A stretch of 62,647 nt of DNA from an uncultured Leptolinea sp. (GCA_964424035.1 CAYRHB010000003.1:1-62647), one strand, 5' to 3'. Counted from the first letter of the stretch, positions 20,340 to 31,301 are shown. The notes: generated by a model from the sequence alone, not told the origin. Numbers and translations: made by a program.

Positions 20340-21347
20340 CTAACCTCCGGCAACCAGTAAACGCAGTACAGCCGTAATGACAATGGAAAACAATGAGAGC
20401 GGCACCAGTACCTTCCAACCGAACGCCATCAGACGGTCATAACGGAAACGCGGCAGGGTTGCGCGCACCCAGATCATAAAGAACAACCAGAGTGCCACTT
20501 TCACAAACAGGTATACGGGTCCCAAACCCGGAAGGACATCCACGAATGGACCATGATATCCACCCAGGAAAAGGGTGGCGCCGATCATGGAGACGGCGAT
20601 CATTTTTATGTACTCAGCCATGAAGAATAACGCGAATTTCATGCTTGAATATTCGGCATGGTAACCCGCTGTTAATTCCTGCTCGGCTTCCGGCATATCG
20701 AATGGCGACCGGTTGACCTCTGCCAGGCTGGCAATCACAAAGATCACAAAGCTGATCGGCATAATGACCACAAACCATAAACCCTTTTGCGCTTCCACAA
20801 TGGCACTCAGGCTCATTGAACCGGCCCACAAAATGGGTCCAACAAACGACATACCCAGCGCCAGTTCGTAGCTGATCATCTGCGCGGTTGCCCTCAAGCC
20901 GCCCAGCATGGCATATTTATTGTTGCTGGACCAGCCCGCGAGTGTGATGCCGTACACCGATATGGATGTCACCGATAGGATATACAGTACACCCACATTG
21001 ATATCCGCCAGTTGCAGTGAAACCGTCCGGCCGAAAAGCTCGACAATTGAACCCCACGGAATGACCGCTGTGATCACCAGGGCCGGGATAACCGTAATGA
21101 CCGGCGCCAGCACGAAGATCAATTTATCCGCGCCAGCCGGGATCAATTCTTCCTTGAATATCAATTTGATGCCATCCGCCACAGGCTGTAGCAATCCCTG
21201 CCAGCCAACCCGGTCAGGGCCAATGCGGACCTGCATTTTGGCCAGTACGCGCCGTTCATACCAGGTGACATAGGCGAATCCGGCAGTCATAACCAGAATG
21301 ATGATCACGGATTTGATTACCCATTCCCAGATCATTGCAGCATCCAT
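20340..21347 (-). CDS. nuoH: NADH-quinone oxidoreductase subunit H
   Basis: ERRVLAKMQVRIGP, ADGIKLIFKE, AQMISYE, PFDMPEAEQEL, RATLPRFRYD. Start at ATG 21347. Confidence 0.96.
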   Translation of the reverse strand: MDAAMIWEWVIKSVIIILVMTAGFAYVTWYERRVLAKMQVRIGPDRVGWQGLLQPVADGIKLIFKEELIPAGADKLIFVLAPVITVIPALVITAVIPWGSIVELFGRTVSLQLADINVGVLYILSVTSISVYGITLAGWSSNNKYAMLGGLRATAQMISYELALGMSFVGPILWAGSMSLSAIVEAQKGLWFVVIMPISFVIFVIASLAEVNRSPFDMPEAEQELTAGYHAEYSSMKFALFFMAEYIKMIAVSMIGATLFLGGYHGPFVDVLPGLGPVYLFVKVALWLFFMIWVRATLPRFRYDRLMAFGWKVLVPLSLFSIVITAVLRLLVAGG

Positions 21348-21348
21348 G

Positions 21349-23829
21349 TTATTCACCTTCCCGGCTGGAACGATCACCCACCGGCGGGACAACCTGCGCC
21401 ACCTGAGGTTCGTGAATAGGCACACCTGTCGAACGTGGAATCAGCCCGACGCCCTCCGGGATAGTACCGTCAGCCCTTATACGCACGGGATACGCCGCAC
21501 CGTCCACCGGCAGCATTACATGCATATCATCAGCCAGCATCATCTTTTTCGCGGTCTCCGGGTGGATGCTCAATTCCGGATGAGCCAACCGCGATGCCAG
21601 TAGGGGTGATGTCGTCACTGTGATTCCCCGGTCAAATAGACGGGTCACCGGATAGACAACCAGTTCGTGCGATTCCGGTTGAAATTCGGGAACCGCAATA
21701 TTCCTGTTAATATCAAAATCATCCGCTACTAAGAGTGGTAACTGGATCCCCAATCCCTGTTTGTTGGCATACGATGTTCCACCATAATAGACATCCTGCC
21801 GGCCAATGATAGGCCACTGTTCGCTGGTTTCAGCCAGTTTCCGGTAATTAAGTCCGGAATATTGCGGGATTTCAGCTTCGATCTGCGCGAAAACCAGCGA
21901 TGCCGCACCATGTTCCATCGAAACACCCAGTTTTTTACCCAGTTCGGCGGCGATCTCAAAATCCGCCCGCCGGCCATCCGGCGCGGGAACTGCCGGATAA
22001 AAACGCTGCACACGTCTTTCACCGGATGTATATGTTCCCTCGCGCTCTGTAAATGCCAGTACCGGGAGGACTATATCCGCCTGTCTGGCGGTCGCGGTCA
22101 TAAACAGGTCCTGCACAATGACAAAGCCGGCATTTTCAAGAGCCCGCTCAAATAATGGATCATCAATGGCCGGATCTGCTCCGGCAATCAAAAGAACGCC
22201 GGCACTGGAAAGCAACCTGACCATAACTTCCGCCGGTTGAGCGCCCATATCCCAGAGCCCCTGGGTATTGCCGCGTTCCCACACCGGGATCACACCGCTG
22301 TTGACCTTGCGGGCATGTCCACTCGCCTGCAATAAACCGGCACAGGCTGCAGCCAGTTGACCGGTTGCCTCGCGACCCAGTCCGTCACTGCCATAGAAGA
22401 CAACCAGGTTTTCAGACCGGTTAATGGACTCAGCCAGCTCACCGGCCAACAATCCGTTGACTGCATCCGTCTCTCCTCCGCAGGCAATCCGGATTACACG
22501 CGTGGCAGCGGCATCAAGGCGGTCAGGCCGGTTGCTGATTACGATCAACGCCGCGCCGCGTTTGACGGCTTCGCGCACACGCAACCACCACACCGGCGCT
22601 TCTTCATGCAGATCGCAGGCCGCGACAACAATCGTTGAACCTTTGCCCAGGTTTCCAAGGTTGCTGCCGGGCTGCATCCCATAGCGGTTGACAACATCTC
22701 CGCCAGCCATGCGGCTGTAACCGATGAATTTGCCACCCTGTGATTCCGTCAGCTTCCGCAGGTTGAACAGATCCTCGTTTGTTAACCGGCCACTGACCAG
22801 AGTAACCAGGCTGCTGCCGGCTGCTTTGATCTTTGCGGCGGCTGCCCCGAGAGCTTCCTCCCAACCCGCCTCAACGAGATCAGAATCCACCCGCATCAAT
22901 GGCGCTTTCAAACGGTCCGGGCTGTCAGCGAAATGGTAGGCAAAACGCCCTTTGTCGCACATCCAGATTTCATTAACCTGTTCGTTCTGTCGCGGCATGA
23001 TGCGTTTGATGGCTACATCGCCTCCGGTCTTGGCTTCACGCCGTACATTGATGGTTGTGTTGCAGCCTACAGGACAATGTGTGCACAGACTGGCCGCACT
23101 GTTCAATTCCCAGGGACGGGCTCCGAAACGAAAATCAGCCGTGGTCAACGCGCCCACCGGGCAGATATCTGTTGTATTGCCGGAAAAGATCGAATCAAAA
23201 CCCGGTTCAGAATATGTGACGATCTCAAGTTTTCGACCACGGTTGTAGAACCCGATGACCGGGTCACCGGCAATATCGGATTGAAAACGTACGCAACGCG
23301 CACATTGAATGCAACGCTCACGGTCAAGGTAGATCAGATCGCCAAGCGCGATATGCTTGGCCGCGTGGGATTTTTCATCATACAGGAAGCGGCTGTCCCC
23401 CGGACCGTGTTCCAGGGTCAAATTCTGAAGCGGACACTCGCCGCCCTTATCACACACCGGACAATCCAGGGGATGGGATGTCAAAAGGAATTCCACCACA
23501 TCCCGGCGGGCGTCCCTCACTTTGTCACTCAAACCAACCACTACCATACCTTCACTTACCGGTGTGGTACAGGCGGTTTCCAGTTTGGGTCCAAACTGGA
23601 TCTTCGGTGTTCCATCCACCTCAAGAACAGGGGTATGGGTGGCACGGTCGATCACCGGGCGGCCAATTTCCACCAGGCACATACGGCACATCCCCACCGG
23701 CTCCATTTTGGGATGATAGCAAAACACCGGAATATCGATCCCGATTCGTTTTGCCGCGTCAACGATCATCGTCCCTTCCGGGGCGGTTACGGTTCGGCCA
23801 TCAATTGTGAGGGTAATGTCTTTTGGCAT
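21349..23829 (-). CDS. nuoG: NADH-quinone oxidoreductase subunit G
   Basis: FCYHP..CRMCLVE, HPLDCPVCDKGGECPLQ, RCIQCARCVRF, CPVGAL, CTHCPVGC. Confidence 0.95.
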   Translation of the reverse strand: MPKDITLTIDGRTVTAPEGTMIVDAAKRIGIDIPVFCYHPKMEPVGMCRMCLVEIGRPVIDRATHTPVLEVDGTPKIQFGPKLETACTTPVSEGMVVVGLSDKVRDARRDVVEFLLTSHPLDCPVCDKGGECPLQNLTLEHGPGDSRFLYDEKSHAAKHIALGDLIYLDRERCIQCARCVRFQSDIAGDPVIGFYNRGRKLEIVTYSEPGFDSIFSGNTTDICPVGALTTADFRFGARPWELNSAASLCTHCPVGCNTTINVRREAKTGGDVAIKRIMPRQNEQVNEIWMCDKGRFAYHFADSPDRLKAPLMRVDSDLVEAGWEEALGAAAAKIKAAGSSLVTLVSGRLTNEDLFNLRKLTESQGGKFIGYSRMAGGDVVNRYGMQPGSNLGNLGKGSTIVVAACDLHEEAPVWWLRVREAVKRGAALIVISNRPDRLDAAATRVIRIACGGETDAVNGLLAGELAESINRSENLVVFYGSDGLGREATGQLAAACAGLLQASGHARKVNSGVIPVWERGNTQGLWDMGAQPAEVMVRLLSSAGVLLIAGADPAIDDPLFERALENAGFVIVQDLFMTATARQADIVLPVLAFTEREGTYTSGERRVQRFYPAVPAPDGRRADFEIAAELGKKLGVSMEHGAASLVFAQIEAEIPQYSGLNYRKLAETSEQWPIIGRQDVYYGGTSYANKQGLGIQLPLLVADDFDINRNIAVPEFQPESHELVVYPVTRLFDRGITVTTSPLLASRLAHPELSIHPETAKKMMLADDMHVMLPVDGAAYPVRIRADGTIPEGVGLIPRSTGVPIHEPQVAQVVPPVGDRSSREGE

Positions 23830-23865
23830 TCGCTCAAAAATCCTTCTCTACTGATAACAATGCAG

Positions 23866-25119
23866 CTATCGGTTGATCAGTTTCTCAAAGTCCGGGCGGA
23901 ATCTCTCAATGCCCGATGTAACAGCCATGGTGGAAAACTCACCCAGGGCACACAGGCATTTACCCTGCATTTGCCGGGCAACCGTATCCAACAGGGTGAT
24001 GTCAGTCAGATCAGCCTTTCCTTCCTTGATCCGCCGGGTTAGGTGGCCCATCCAGTACGTGCCTTCACGACAGGGGGTGCATTTACCGCAAGATTCATGG
24101 CGGAAGAATTGCACGGTTTTATCCACCAGCCAGGCTATGTTGACAGAATCATCCAGAATAATGACCGAAGCAGAGCCAAGCGGGGCATTCAGATTGGTCA
24201 TGGTGGATTCGTAGTCCATGGAAGTGTCCAGAGCCCGGTCATCCGCGGGAACAATGACCGACGACGCACCGGCGGACATAATGGCTTTTATGACCCGACC
24301 TTCAGGTACGCCGCCTCCATGTGTATAAATCAATTCGCGGAATGTAGTTCCCAGCGGCAACTCATAGTTGCCGGGTTGGTTGACACAACCGGAAAGGCTG
24401 AAAATTTTCACGCCGGGAGATTTCTCGGTTCCCAATGATTTGAACCAATCCACCCCGCGGTCAACAATCGGTGGCAGGTTGGCAAGGGTTTCCACGTTGT
24501 TGATCACAGTGGGTTTGCCAAACAGGCCATTGACCGCCGGGAATGGTGGCCGCAGACGCGGCTGTCCCAACTTCCCTTCGATCGATTCCAGCAGTGCGGT
24601 TTCTTCACCGCAGATATATGCTCCAGCACCCAGATGGGTATGCAAGCGCAGGGAATATGAACTGCCGAAGAGGTTGTCGCCCAGTAATCCGGCTGTCTCC
24701 AGTTCCGCGATGCATCCATCCAGTTGCTGCGCGATCTGCCAGAATTCACCACGCAGATAGATGTACGCGCTATTGGCCTGCACCGCGTATGAAGCCAGCA
24801 TTAACCCTTCCAGGAACTGGTACGGGTTCGATTCCAGGATCTCACGGTCTTTGAATGTACCGGGTTCCGACTCGTCCGCGTTAGCCACCACATAATGCGG
24901 CCAGAGGGTATCTGGAAGGAAACTCCATTTAACCCCGGTGGGAAAACCCGCTCCTCCCCTGCCGCGCAAGCCTGAAGACTTGACCAGATCAATGAGCCCG
25001 GATGGTTGCATGGTTTTCACAGCTTTTTCAAAAGCCGAGAAACCGGTGTTTTTTCGGTAGATATTTAATGTATGGATCCCGGGTATATCCCGGTGCCGGT
25101 AGAGGATATGTCCGCTCAT
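23866..25119 (-). CDS. nuoF: NADH-quinone oxidoreductase subunit F
   Basis: GLRGRGGAGFPTGVKW, NADESEPGTFKDR, GAGAYICGEETAL, ESCGKCTPCREG. Confidence 0.96.
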   Translation of the reverse strand: MSGHILYRHRDIPGIHTLNIYRKNTGFSAFEKAVKTMQPSGLIDLVKSSGLRGRGGAGFPTGVKWSFLPDTLWPHYVVANADESEPGTFKDREILESNPYQFLEGLMLASYAVQANSAYIYLRGEFWQIAQQLDGCIAELETAGLLGDNLFGSSYSLRLHTHLGAGAYICGEETALLESIEGKLGQPRLRPPFPAVNGLFGKPTVINNVETLANLPPIVDRGVDWFKSLGTEKSPGVKIFSLSGCVNQPGNYELPLGTTFRELIYTHGGGVPEGRVIKAIMSAGASSVIVPADDRALDTSMDYESTMTNLNAPLGSASVIILDDSVNIAWLVDKTVQFFRHESCGKCTPCREGTYWMGHLTRRIKEGKADLTDITLLDTVARQMQGKCLCALGEFSTMAVTSGIERFRPDFEKLINR

Positions 25120-25637
25120 TCCGCGCTCCCCTCCCGTTCCAATGCTTTTTTCTTCAATTCGTCGATTAATGTCAGTGCGGCATCCACTGTCTGGTTTTCA
25201 TGGTAAGAAATATCGCCATCACCCTGCAACTGAAACAATGGCGCATGATGGCAGCCCGCCAGACATTTTACTTCTTCGATCGTGATCAAACCATCGGAAG
25301 TGGTTTCACCCACTTTAATGCCCACATTCTCACACAGGTCTTTAAGGAACCGGTCTGCTCCGCGCAACGCACAGGGAAGGTCAGTGCAGACCTGCAGCCG
25401 GAATTTACCGGCCGGTTTGTCATGATACAGTGAATAGAAACCAACAATGGAAGCCACTTCAGTCGGGGTTATCTCGAGGATCGCGGCAATATCATTAATG
25501 GTCTGTTTGTTGATAAACCCGTTCTCCCTCTGGGCCAGATAAAGAAGCGGCATTAGCGCTGAACGTTTCTGGTCCGGTGGATAGGCGGACAGGATCTTTT
25601 GAATTTCTTCTGTGAATTGTATTAAGAATTCATTCAC
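25116..25637 (-). CDS. nuoE: NADH-quinone oxidoreductase subunit E
   Basis: SALMPLLYLAQRENG, VCTDLPCALRGA and KCLAGC (2Fe-2S ligands). Confidence 0.95.
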   Translation of the reverse strand: MNEFLIQFTEEIQKILSAYPPDQKRSALMPLLYLAQRENGFINKQTINDIAAILEITPTEVASIVGFYSLYHDKPAGKFRLQVCTDLPCALRGADRFLKDLCENVGIKVGETTSDGLITIEEVKCLAGCHHAPLFQLQGDGDISYHENQTVDAALTLIDELKKKALEREGSAE

Positions 25638-26875
25638 CGGTCAGAATCTCCCAGAATGACATCAAGGCTTCCAATAATACCGACCAGATCAGCCACAAAA
25701 TGCTGACGGGTGATCATCGGCATGATCTGAAGGTTTACAAAGGAAGGTGTGCGGAAATGGATCCGCTGCGCCTTGGGACCACCATTCCCTTCCAGAAAAA
25801 CTCCGATCTCGCCGCGGGGCGATTCAGCCGTGACATATACACTTTCTGCCGGAGCGGAAAATCCCTCCGTCCACAGTTTGAAATGGTGGATCAGGGCTTC
25901 CATGCTCGTACCAATCTCCGAACGCGGCGGTGGAACAAATTTATGGTTGTTGCTGCGTACCGGACCTTGCGGCAATGTGTTGACCGCCTGATCAATGATG
26001 CGTACCGATTCCCGCATTTCCTGGACGCGAACCAGGTATCGGGCATATACATCACCCGCCGTCTGAGTGGGTATGTTGAAATCATATCTTTCATAACCAC
26101 TGTACGGGCGGTTCTTTCGCAGGTCAAATTCCCTGCCGGTTGCCCTCAGAATGGGTCCGGTAATGCCGTAACGGATGCAATCATCGGTTGTAATCGGGCC
26201 AATGCCGACCGTGCGTTCCAGGAAAAGGGCATTTTTTGTCAACATGGATTCATATTCATCCAGGCGCCGGGGAAGGATGGCCGTGAAATTGCGCACCGCG
26301 GCTTCGAATCCATCCGGAACATCGCGCCACAGGCCTCCCGGCCGGATGTATGTGGTCATCATGCGCTGTCCGGAACACATTTCCAGAATGTCGAGGATCA
26401 TCTCCCGTTCGCGCATGGCATACATGAATACCGACATGGCAGCCAGGTCAAGCGCCGACGTCCCTATCCACAGCAGGTGGGAGGAGATGCGGGTCAATTC
26501 TGCGAGGATCACACGGACCGCCTGAGCCCGTTCCGGGACATCAAGCTCCACCAGTTTTTCAATGGCCATACAATACACGAAGTTGTTCCCGACATTGTTC
26601 AGGTAGTCCATCCGGTCGGTCATTACTTCGGCCTTCTGGTAGGTTTTGGCTTCCATATTCTTTTCGATGCCGGTATGCAGGAATCCGATATCCGGAATGC
26701 AGTTTTGGACGATCTCACCATCCAGTTCCAACAGCAGACGCAATACGCCGTGTGTGCTGGGATGCTGAGGACCCATGTTCAACAGCATGGTCTCGCCGGT
26801 CAAAGCCCGGTCAGAAACCAGGTGCCGCAGTTCGTCGATATTTGTTTCCCGGTAATCCTTTTTATTTTCGTTCAT
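25634..26875 (-). CDS. nuoD: NADH-quinone oxidoreductase subunit D
   Basis: LNMGPQHPSTHGVLRL, GFLHTGIEK, DRMDY, ESPRGE, RTPSF, final DR. ATG 26875 overlaps the upstream gene's stop (ATGA). Confidence 0.96.
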   Translation of the reverse strand: MNENKKDYRETNIDELRHLVSDRALTGETMLLNMGPQHPSTHGVLRLLLELDGEIVQNCIPDIGFLHTGIEKNMEAKTYQKAEVMTDRMDYLNNVGNNFVYCMAIEKLVELDVPERAQAVRVILAELTRISSHLLWIGTSALDLAAMSVFMYAMREREMILDILEMCSGQRMMTTYIRPGGLWRDVPDGFEAAVRNFTAILPRRLDEYESMLTKNALFLERTVGIGPITTDDCIRYGITGPILRATGREFDLRKNRPYSGYERYDFNIPTQTAGDVYARYLVRVQEMRESVRIIDQAVNTLPQGPVRSNNHKFVPPPRSEIGTSMEALIHHFKLWTEGFSAPAESVYVTAESPRGEIGVFLEGNGGPKAQRIHFRTPSFVNLQIMPMITRQHFVADLVGIIGSLDVILGDSDR

Positions 26876-27975
26876 TTTTCTGTCTGCTGGCACAAGCCGT
26901 TCATCATATACTGTCGCAGCTCTACAAGTTCGGGGTAGCGATAAAAGAACCTGATCTTCCGGCTGGCAATGGAATCATCCGCCGGTTTGCTGCTGTACAC
27001 AAAGTATGTCCACGACTCGGCAATATCTTCTTCAGGATGTGTGGCTGCGTAATCAGAAACAAATTGGTCCGGATGCTCATCGTAGAATTCATACGCGCCA
27101 TCCTCATCCACCTCTCCATCTACTGTCGGATTGGCATAGTCAGCCCATTCATCATAAATATCTGACCAGAACTCGTCATAGAACGCGTTTATGTAGGAAT
27201 CAGCCTTGCTGCATCCATCCGATGCCATGTAGTAATTACAGCTCGAAGCGAAATACTTCACCTGGGACTCGCCCAATGTGAGCATATGGCCGAATTCATG
27301 GACCAATGTGGTTGAGAGTGACGGGAAGTTTTCCGCGTCAAGAACATCCATTTGAATTGACCAGGTTTCCGGCGTGCTTCCTTCGTCCACCGCCCCGGTA
27401 ACATTGTCGACCCCATCGGTGAACAGGACGAACTGGTCCAGATCTTCGCGCCGGTCAACCGGGATCAGATCCGTCACAATTTGCCATATCTCACGGTGAA
27501 ACTCTTCATCGTTGACATATTTCGCGAATTCTAAAGGGACTTGCTTCCCGTAAACCGGTGATGAAATTTCATCACCCGATACTCTGTACGTTACAAGAAC
27601 AATTTCGTCATACTCTTCGGCGTAATCATTCTGGTATTCCTCTGAGCCATCACCGTTTCCGTATGCCTCATCAAGCATTTGTGTCAGGTCAAGCGCGCAG
27701 GAGCCGGAAGAATCCTGCTTAGCCATTGACGCTCCATTAACAGTTTCAACGTCTTCCGTGTCAATACCGTCAGGATCCTCCGGTGATACACTGTTGGATT
27801 GCCATTCCCCGCTGTTTGGCAATGTATCTTCAGCATTCAAATTCCCATCGAGCGGAGCAGACGCAGATACCACCGCATTGCAATTCAGCACCAGCGCCGC
27901 AATGCCTAAAACCAATACTGTTGTGAAAATTTTTTTCCTGTTCAAAGATTCTACCTTTTTACCAAAGCTCTGCAT
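26872..27975 (-). CDS. Exported acidic zinc metallopeptidase-like protein inside the nuo operon
   Basis: N-terminal hydrophobic segment, Asp/Glu-rich body, HEFGH zincin motif and FVSDYAATHPEEDIAESW. Confidence 0.8.
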   Translation of the reverse strand: MQSFGKKVESLNRKKIFTTVLVLGIAALVLNCNAVVSASAPLDGNLNAEDTLPNSGEWQSNSVSPEDPDGIDTEDVETVNGASMAKQDSSGSCALDLTQMLDEAYGNGDGSEEYQNDYAEEYDEIVLVTYRVSGDEISSPVYGKQVPLEFAKYVNDEEFHREIWQIVTDLIPVDRREDLDQFVLFTDGVDNVTGAVDEGSTPETWSIQMDVLDAENFPSLSTTLVHEFGHMLTLGESQVKYFASSCNYYMASDGCSKADSYINAFYDEFWSDIYDEWADYANPTVDGEVDEDGAYEFYDEHPDQFVSDYAATHPEEDIAESWTYFVYSSKPADDSIASRKIRFFYRYPELVELRQYMMNGLCQQTEK

Positions 27976-27995
27976 AAGATCCGGAAGATCTCCCG

Positions 27996-28508
27996 TTATT
28001 TCGCGGGTTTTGGTTTGTGGACACTGATCTCGTCAGCGTTGAAATCGAACTGGACTTCCTCATATCCCAAGGGGTAATCCTTGCGCAACGGATGACCTGA
28101 CCAGTCTGCCGCCATTAAAATACGCCGCGGGTCTGAATGACCTTCAAAGCGGATACCGAACATATCCCAGATCTCCCTTTCATGCCAGTTCGCATTGGGA
28201 TAGATCTTTTCAATACCCGGCAGGGATGGCGCGTTGCCATCCAACGGGACCCGGATCCGTAATTGACAGTTATGTTCTGTGGAAAACAACTGGTAAATCA
28301 CATGAAAGCGCGGTGTTGTCTGTGGCCAGTAATCCACGGCAGTTTCCGCTTCCAGCATGTCGAATTTAAAGCTGGCATGCAAGCGGGTCAACGCTTTAAC
28401 AAGATAAACCGGCGGTAGAGTCACGGTTATCTCATCGTGGAACTCACTTTCGGTTCCAGAGAAATCAGTCTTCAGGGCGTTCACAGCTTTTTGTAGATTC
28501 GAATCCAT
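27996..28508 (-). CDS. nuoC: NADH-quinone oxidoreductase subunit C
   Basis: AVDY..RFHVIYQL, ANWHEREIWDMFGIRFEGHSDPRRIL, GHPLRKDYP. Confidence 0.95.
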   Translation of the reverse strand: MDSNLQKAVNALKTDFSGTESEFHDEITVTLPPVYLVKALTRLHASFKFDMLEAETAVDYWPQTTPRFHVIYQLFSTEHNCQLRIRVPLDGNAPSLPGIEKIYPNANWHEREIWDMFGIRFEGHSDPRRILMAADWSGHPLRKDYPLGYEEVQFDFNADEISVHKPKPAK

Positions 28509-28545
28509 TGTGTATTTCGTCCTCAAACAGCCTGACGGATTGATA

Positions 28546-29028
28546 TCAAGCCCAGGTTTTCAGTTTCTCACCACGGATCTTTTCGTGCAAAGTCATTACA
28601 CCATGGATCAGCGCTTCCGGGCGTGGCGGACAGCCGGCCACATAAACATCCACAGGCACGATCTCATCGACACCTTGAAGGATGGCGTAATTGTTAAACA
28701 CGCCACCGCAGGAAGCACAATCGCCCATGGCAATGACCCATTTCGGATCAGGCATCTGGTCATAGAGCTGGCGCAAGACAGGCGCCATTTTCCGGCTTAC
28801 GCGCCCTGCAACGATCATCAGGTCGGACTGGCGTGGGCTTGCGCGCATCAACTCCATACCAAATCGGGACATATCATAATTGGACGCTTGTGCTGCCATC
28901 ATCTCAATGGCGCAACATGCCAGACCAAAAAGCATGGGCCACATAGAACCGGTACGGGCCCAGTTGACCGCCTGTTCCAAAGTGGTGGTCACCACACCCA
29001 TGTTCCCTGCTTTTTGCTCTAATCCCAT
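28546..29028 (-). CDS. nuoB: NADH-quinone oxidoreductase subunit B
   Basis: [35 protein letters not shown]. Confidence 0.97.
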   Translation of the reverse strand: MGLEQKAGNMGVVTTTLEQAVNWARTGSMWPMLFGLACCAIEMMAAQASNYDMSRFGMELMRASPRQSDLMIVAGRVSRKMAPVLRQLYDQMPDPKWVIAMGDCASCGGVFNNYAILQGVDEIVPVDVYVAGCPPRPEALIHGVMTLHEKIRGEKLKTWA

Positions 29029-29375
29029 TCGAGCGCCCCTTTCTTCCAGATATAAATGAAACCGACAAGGAGAATACCAATAAAAATGAGCATCTCGATC
29101 AGTGCAAACCAGCCCAGTTGATTAAAAACCACTGCCCAGGGTAAAAAAAAGACTGTCTCAATATCAAACAAGATAAAAAGAACAGCGACGAGGTAAAAGC
29201 GGACAGACAGACGGCGGGTACCGGGTCCATATGGGACCATGCCTGATTCATACGGCGCGGCTTTTCGCCTTGACGGTCGACGCGGTCCAAAGACCGCACC
29301 CAGAACAACAACGAGAAAACCCAGGCCGGTTGCCAGAAACAGGATAATGGCTATCGGAAGGTAGTCATTCAGCAT
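29019..29375 (-). CDS. nuoA: NADH-quinone oxidoreductase subunit A
   Basis: [27 protein letters not shown]. Confidence 0.96.
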   Translation of the reverse strand: MLNDYLPIAIILFLATGLGFLVVVLGAVFGPRRPSRRKAAPYESGMVPYGPGTRRLSVRFYLVAVLFILFDIETVFFLPWAVVFNQLGWFALIEMLIFIGILLVGFIYIWKKGALEWD

Positions 29376-29407
29376 GGATAATCCTTACCAGTCTAGTCTT
29401 ATTTGAG

Positions 29408-29440
29408 AGTATAACATAATCATGTGCTTTTTTTCACATG
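29408..29440 (-). promoter_or_regulatory. nuo promoter with Rex-like operator
   Basis: Extended -10 TGnTATACT (minus strand, -10 at 29413-29408). Palindrome CATGTG-CTTTTTTT-CACATG (29421-29440) has the TGTG-N8-CACA Rex geometry and covers the -35 position. Confidence 0.5.
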
Positions 29441-29623
29441 CGGTATAAGGTTGTGCTATATCAACCTGATACATATTAAACAATCCGTGGTCACCGACAC
29501 CATCTTGCAGGAACACGAAGGTAGGTAGAGTGCACAGGGTTTTTACGTTATCCGGTGAAGTGAAATTGAATCTCATCTACACCAGGATGGAATCCGTTAT
29601 TTATTTTATTGGACCTGAAGATC

Positions 29624-31279
29624 TTATGACAGGTATTCGCGCAGATTGCGGCTGCGGGTTGGATGGCGAAGTTTGCGCAGCGCCTTGGCTTCGATCTGAC
29701 GGATGCGTTCGCGGGTTACATTGAAATAGCGGCTGACCTCTTCCAGCGTGTGATCCTTGCCATCGATCAAACCAAAGCGCAGTTCCAACACCTGGCGTTC
29801 GCGCTCGGAAAGTGCGGCCAGGGCACTCTGTACCTGTTCACGCAACATTTCGCGCGCGGCGGCATCCATGGGTTCCAGGGCGTCATCATCTTCAATAAAG
29901 TCGCCCAGCTGGCTGCTTTCTTCATCACCGACCGGCCGTTCCAATGAAACAGGTTCTTCAGCAGATTGGAGAATGCGCTGCACTTTGGCGGTCGCGGCCA
30001 CCCAGCGGCGCATGATATCCGGGTCCAGCGCGCCATCTCCCCCCAGGAATTTGCGTATGGCATCCACATCTGATTTTTCCAACTGGTCTGATTCCAGAAC
30101 AAGCTCTTCGTTGGTTGGTTCGCGTCCCAGCTTCTGCACCAGTGAACGCTGTACCCGCAGCAACCGGGTTATGGCTTCAAACAAATGCACAGGAATGCGA
30201 ATGGTGCGGGCTTGCTCGGCAATGTACCGGCTGATGGATTGCCGGATCCACCAGGTGGCATACGTGCTGAATTTAAAACCGCGGGTCGAATCGAATTTAT
30301 TGACTGCTCTTAATAAACCCAGGTTGCCTTCCTGGATCAGATCCAGGAATGAAATACCGCGTCCGAGGTAGCGTTTGGCAATGCTGACCACCAACCGCAG
30401 GTTGGCACGGATCAACTGGGCATTGGCTTCTTCAGCCCGGAACTTCACACCTTCCATTTCGTTATCCAGGTCATCGGCGGGTGGAAGGTTCTTTAAGAAG
30501 AATTTCAGGGGAGGCATTTGCCCGGTTTTCCGGATTTCCTCAAGGAGCTTGTTGGCCAGAGCAGTTGGTAATAAGTGTAGTGCCAGGAACAGGTTGAAGG
30601 CATTACGCGCCAGTGCGTCCCAGAGGGAATCTTTTCCCCACTGTCCATTATCCAGGTAATGCCGCAGATAAGAGGGTTCCACAATCTGCCAGGTCCGGCG
30701 AAGCTGCTGGGCTTCAGCCAGTACGAGGCTAAGATCAGGCGGTTCGCTGTGATTGTACCCGCGGGCATCCTCGACCAGGCGATTCCAGCTGATTATGGTC
30801 TTATCCGCCAGAGATTCAAACAAAGCATCAATCCCCGCTGGAACCTCCTGGTTGCCCAGATGCTGTTTCAGGGTATCCATAAACCTTTCAGCTTCGATCA
30901 TGGCCGCCAGCCGGAATTCACTATCAGCATCCAGAAGGTGGATCTGACCGATCTCTTTGAGGTATAGGCGTACCGGGTCTTCGGATAGTTCAACGGCGAC
31001 TGCCGGATCTTCCAGAATCTTCAGTGGATCTTCAAGCGCGAACTCTGACCACTCATCGCCGGATTGTGCCAGAGACACGTCATCCGGTTCCTCCTGATTG
31101 ATCAGATCATCATCTCCCTTAGAAAGAATGGGTTTGGACGCTTTTTTTTCCGCGCCATTCCGGCGGACACGCCTGGTTTTGACCGGTTGTACAACGGCTT
31201 TTTTCTTTGCCGGTACGGCCGGTTTTTCTTCCATCCCGGTTTCGGGTGTTTCTTTCGTAGTTTTTGGGCGAGGAGGCAT
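29624..31279 (-). CDS. rpoD: Primary RNA polymerase sigma-70 factor
   Basis: [74 protein letters not shown]. Lies downstream of dnaG. Confidence 0.93.
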   Translation of the reverse strand: MPPRPKTTKETPETGMEEKPAVPAKKKAVVQPVKTRRVRRNGAEKKASKPILSKGDDDLINQEEPDDVSLAQSGDEWSEFALEDPLKILEDPAVAVELSEDPVRLYLKEIGQIHLLDADSEFRLAAMIEAERFMDTLKQHLGNQEVPAGIDALFESLADKTIISWNRLVEDARGYNHSEPPDLSLVLAEAQQLRRTWQIVEPSYLRHYLDNGQWGKDSLWDALARNAFNLFLALHLLPTALANKLLEEIRKTGQMPPLKFFLKNLPPADDLDNEMEGVKFRAEEANAQLIRANLRLVVSIAKRYLGRGISFLDLIQEGNLGLLRAVNKFDSTRGFKFSTYATWWIRQSISRYIAEQARTIRIPVHLFEAITRLLRVQRSLVQKLGREPTNEELVLESDQLEKSDVDAIRKFLGGDGALDPDIMRRWVAATAKVQRILQSAEEPVSLERPVGDEESSQLGDFIEDDDALEPMDAAAREMLREQVQSALAALSERERQVLELRFGLIDGKDHTLEEVSRYFNVTRERIRQIEAKALRKLRHPTRSRNLREYLS

Positions 31280-31301
31280 GGGTTAACTATACCATAGGAG
31301 A

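Noticed and set aside
22933-26938. Long plus-strand ORFs (22933-24042, 25700-26938) opposite nuoG/F/D
   Set aside because: Antisense shadows of conserved genes, with no motifs or RBS.
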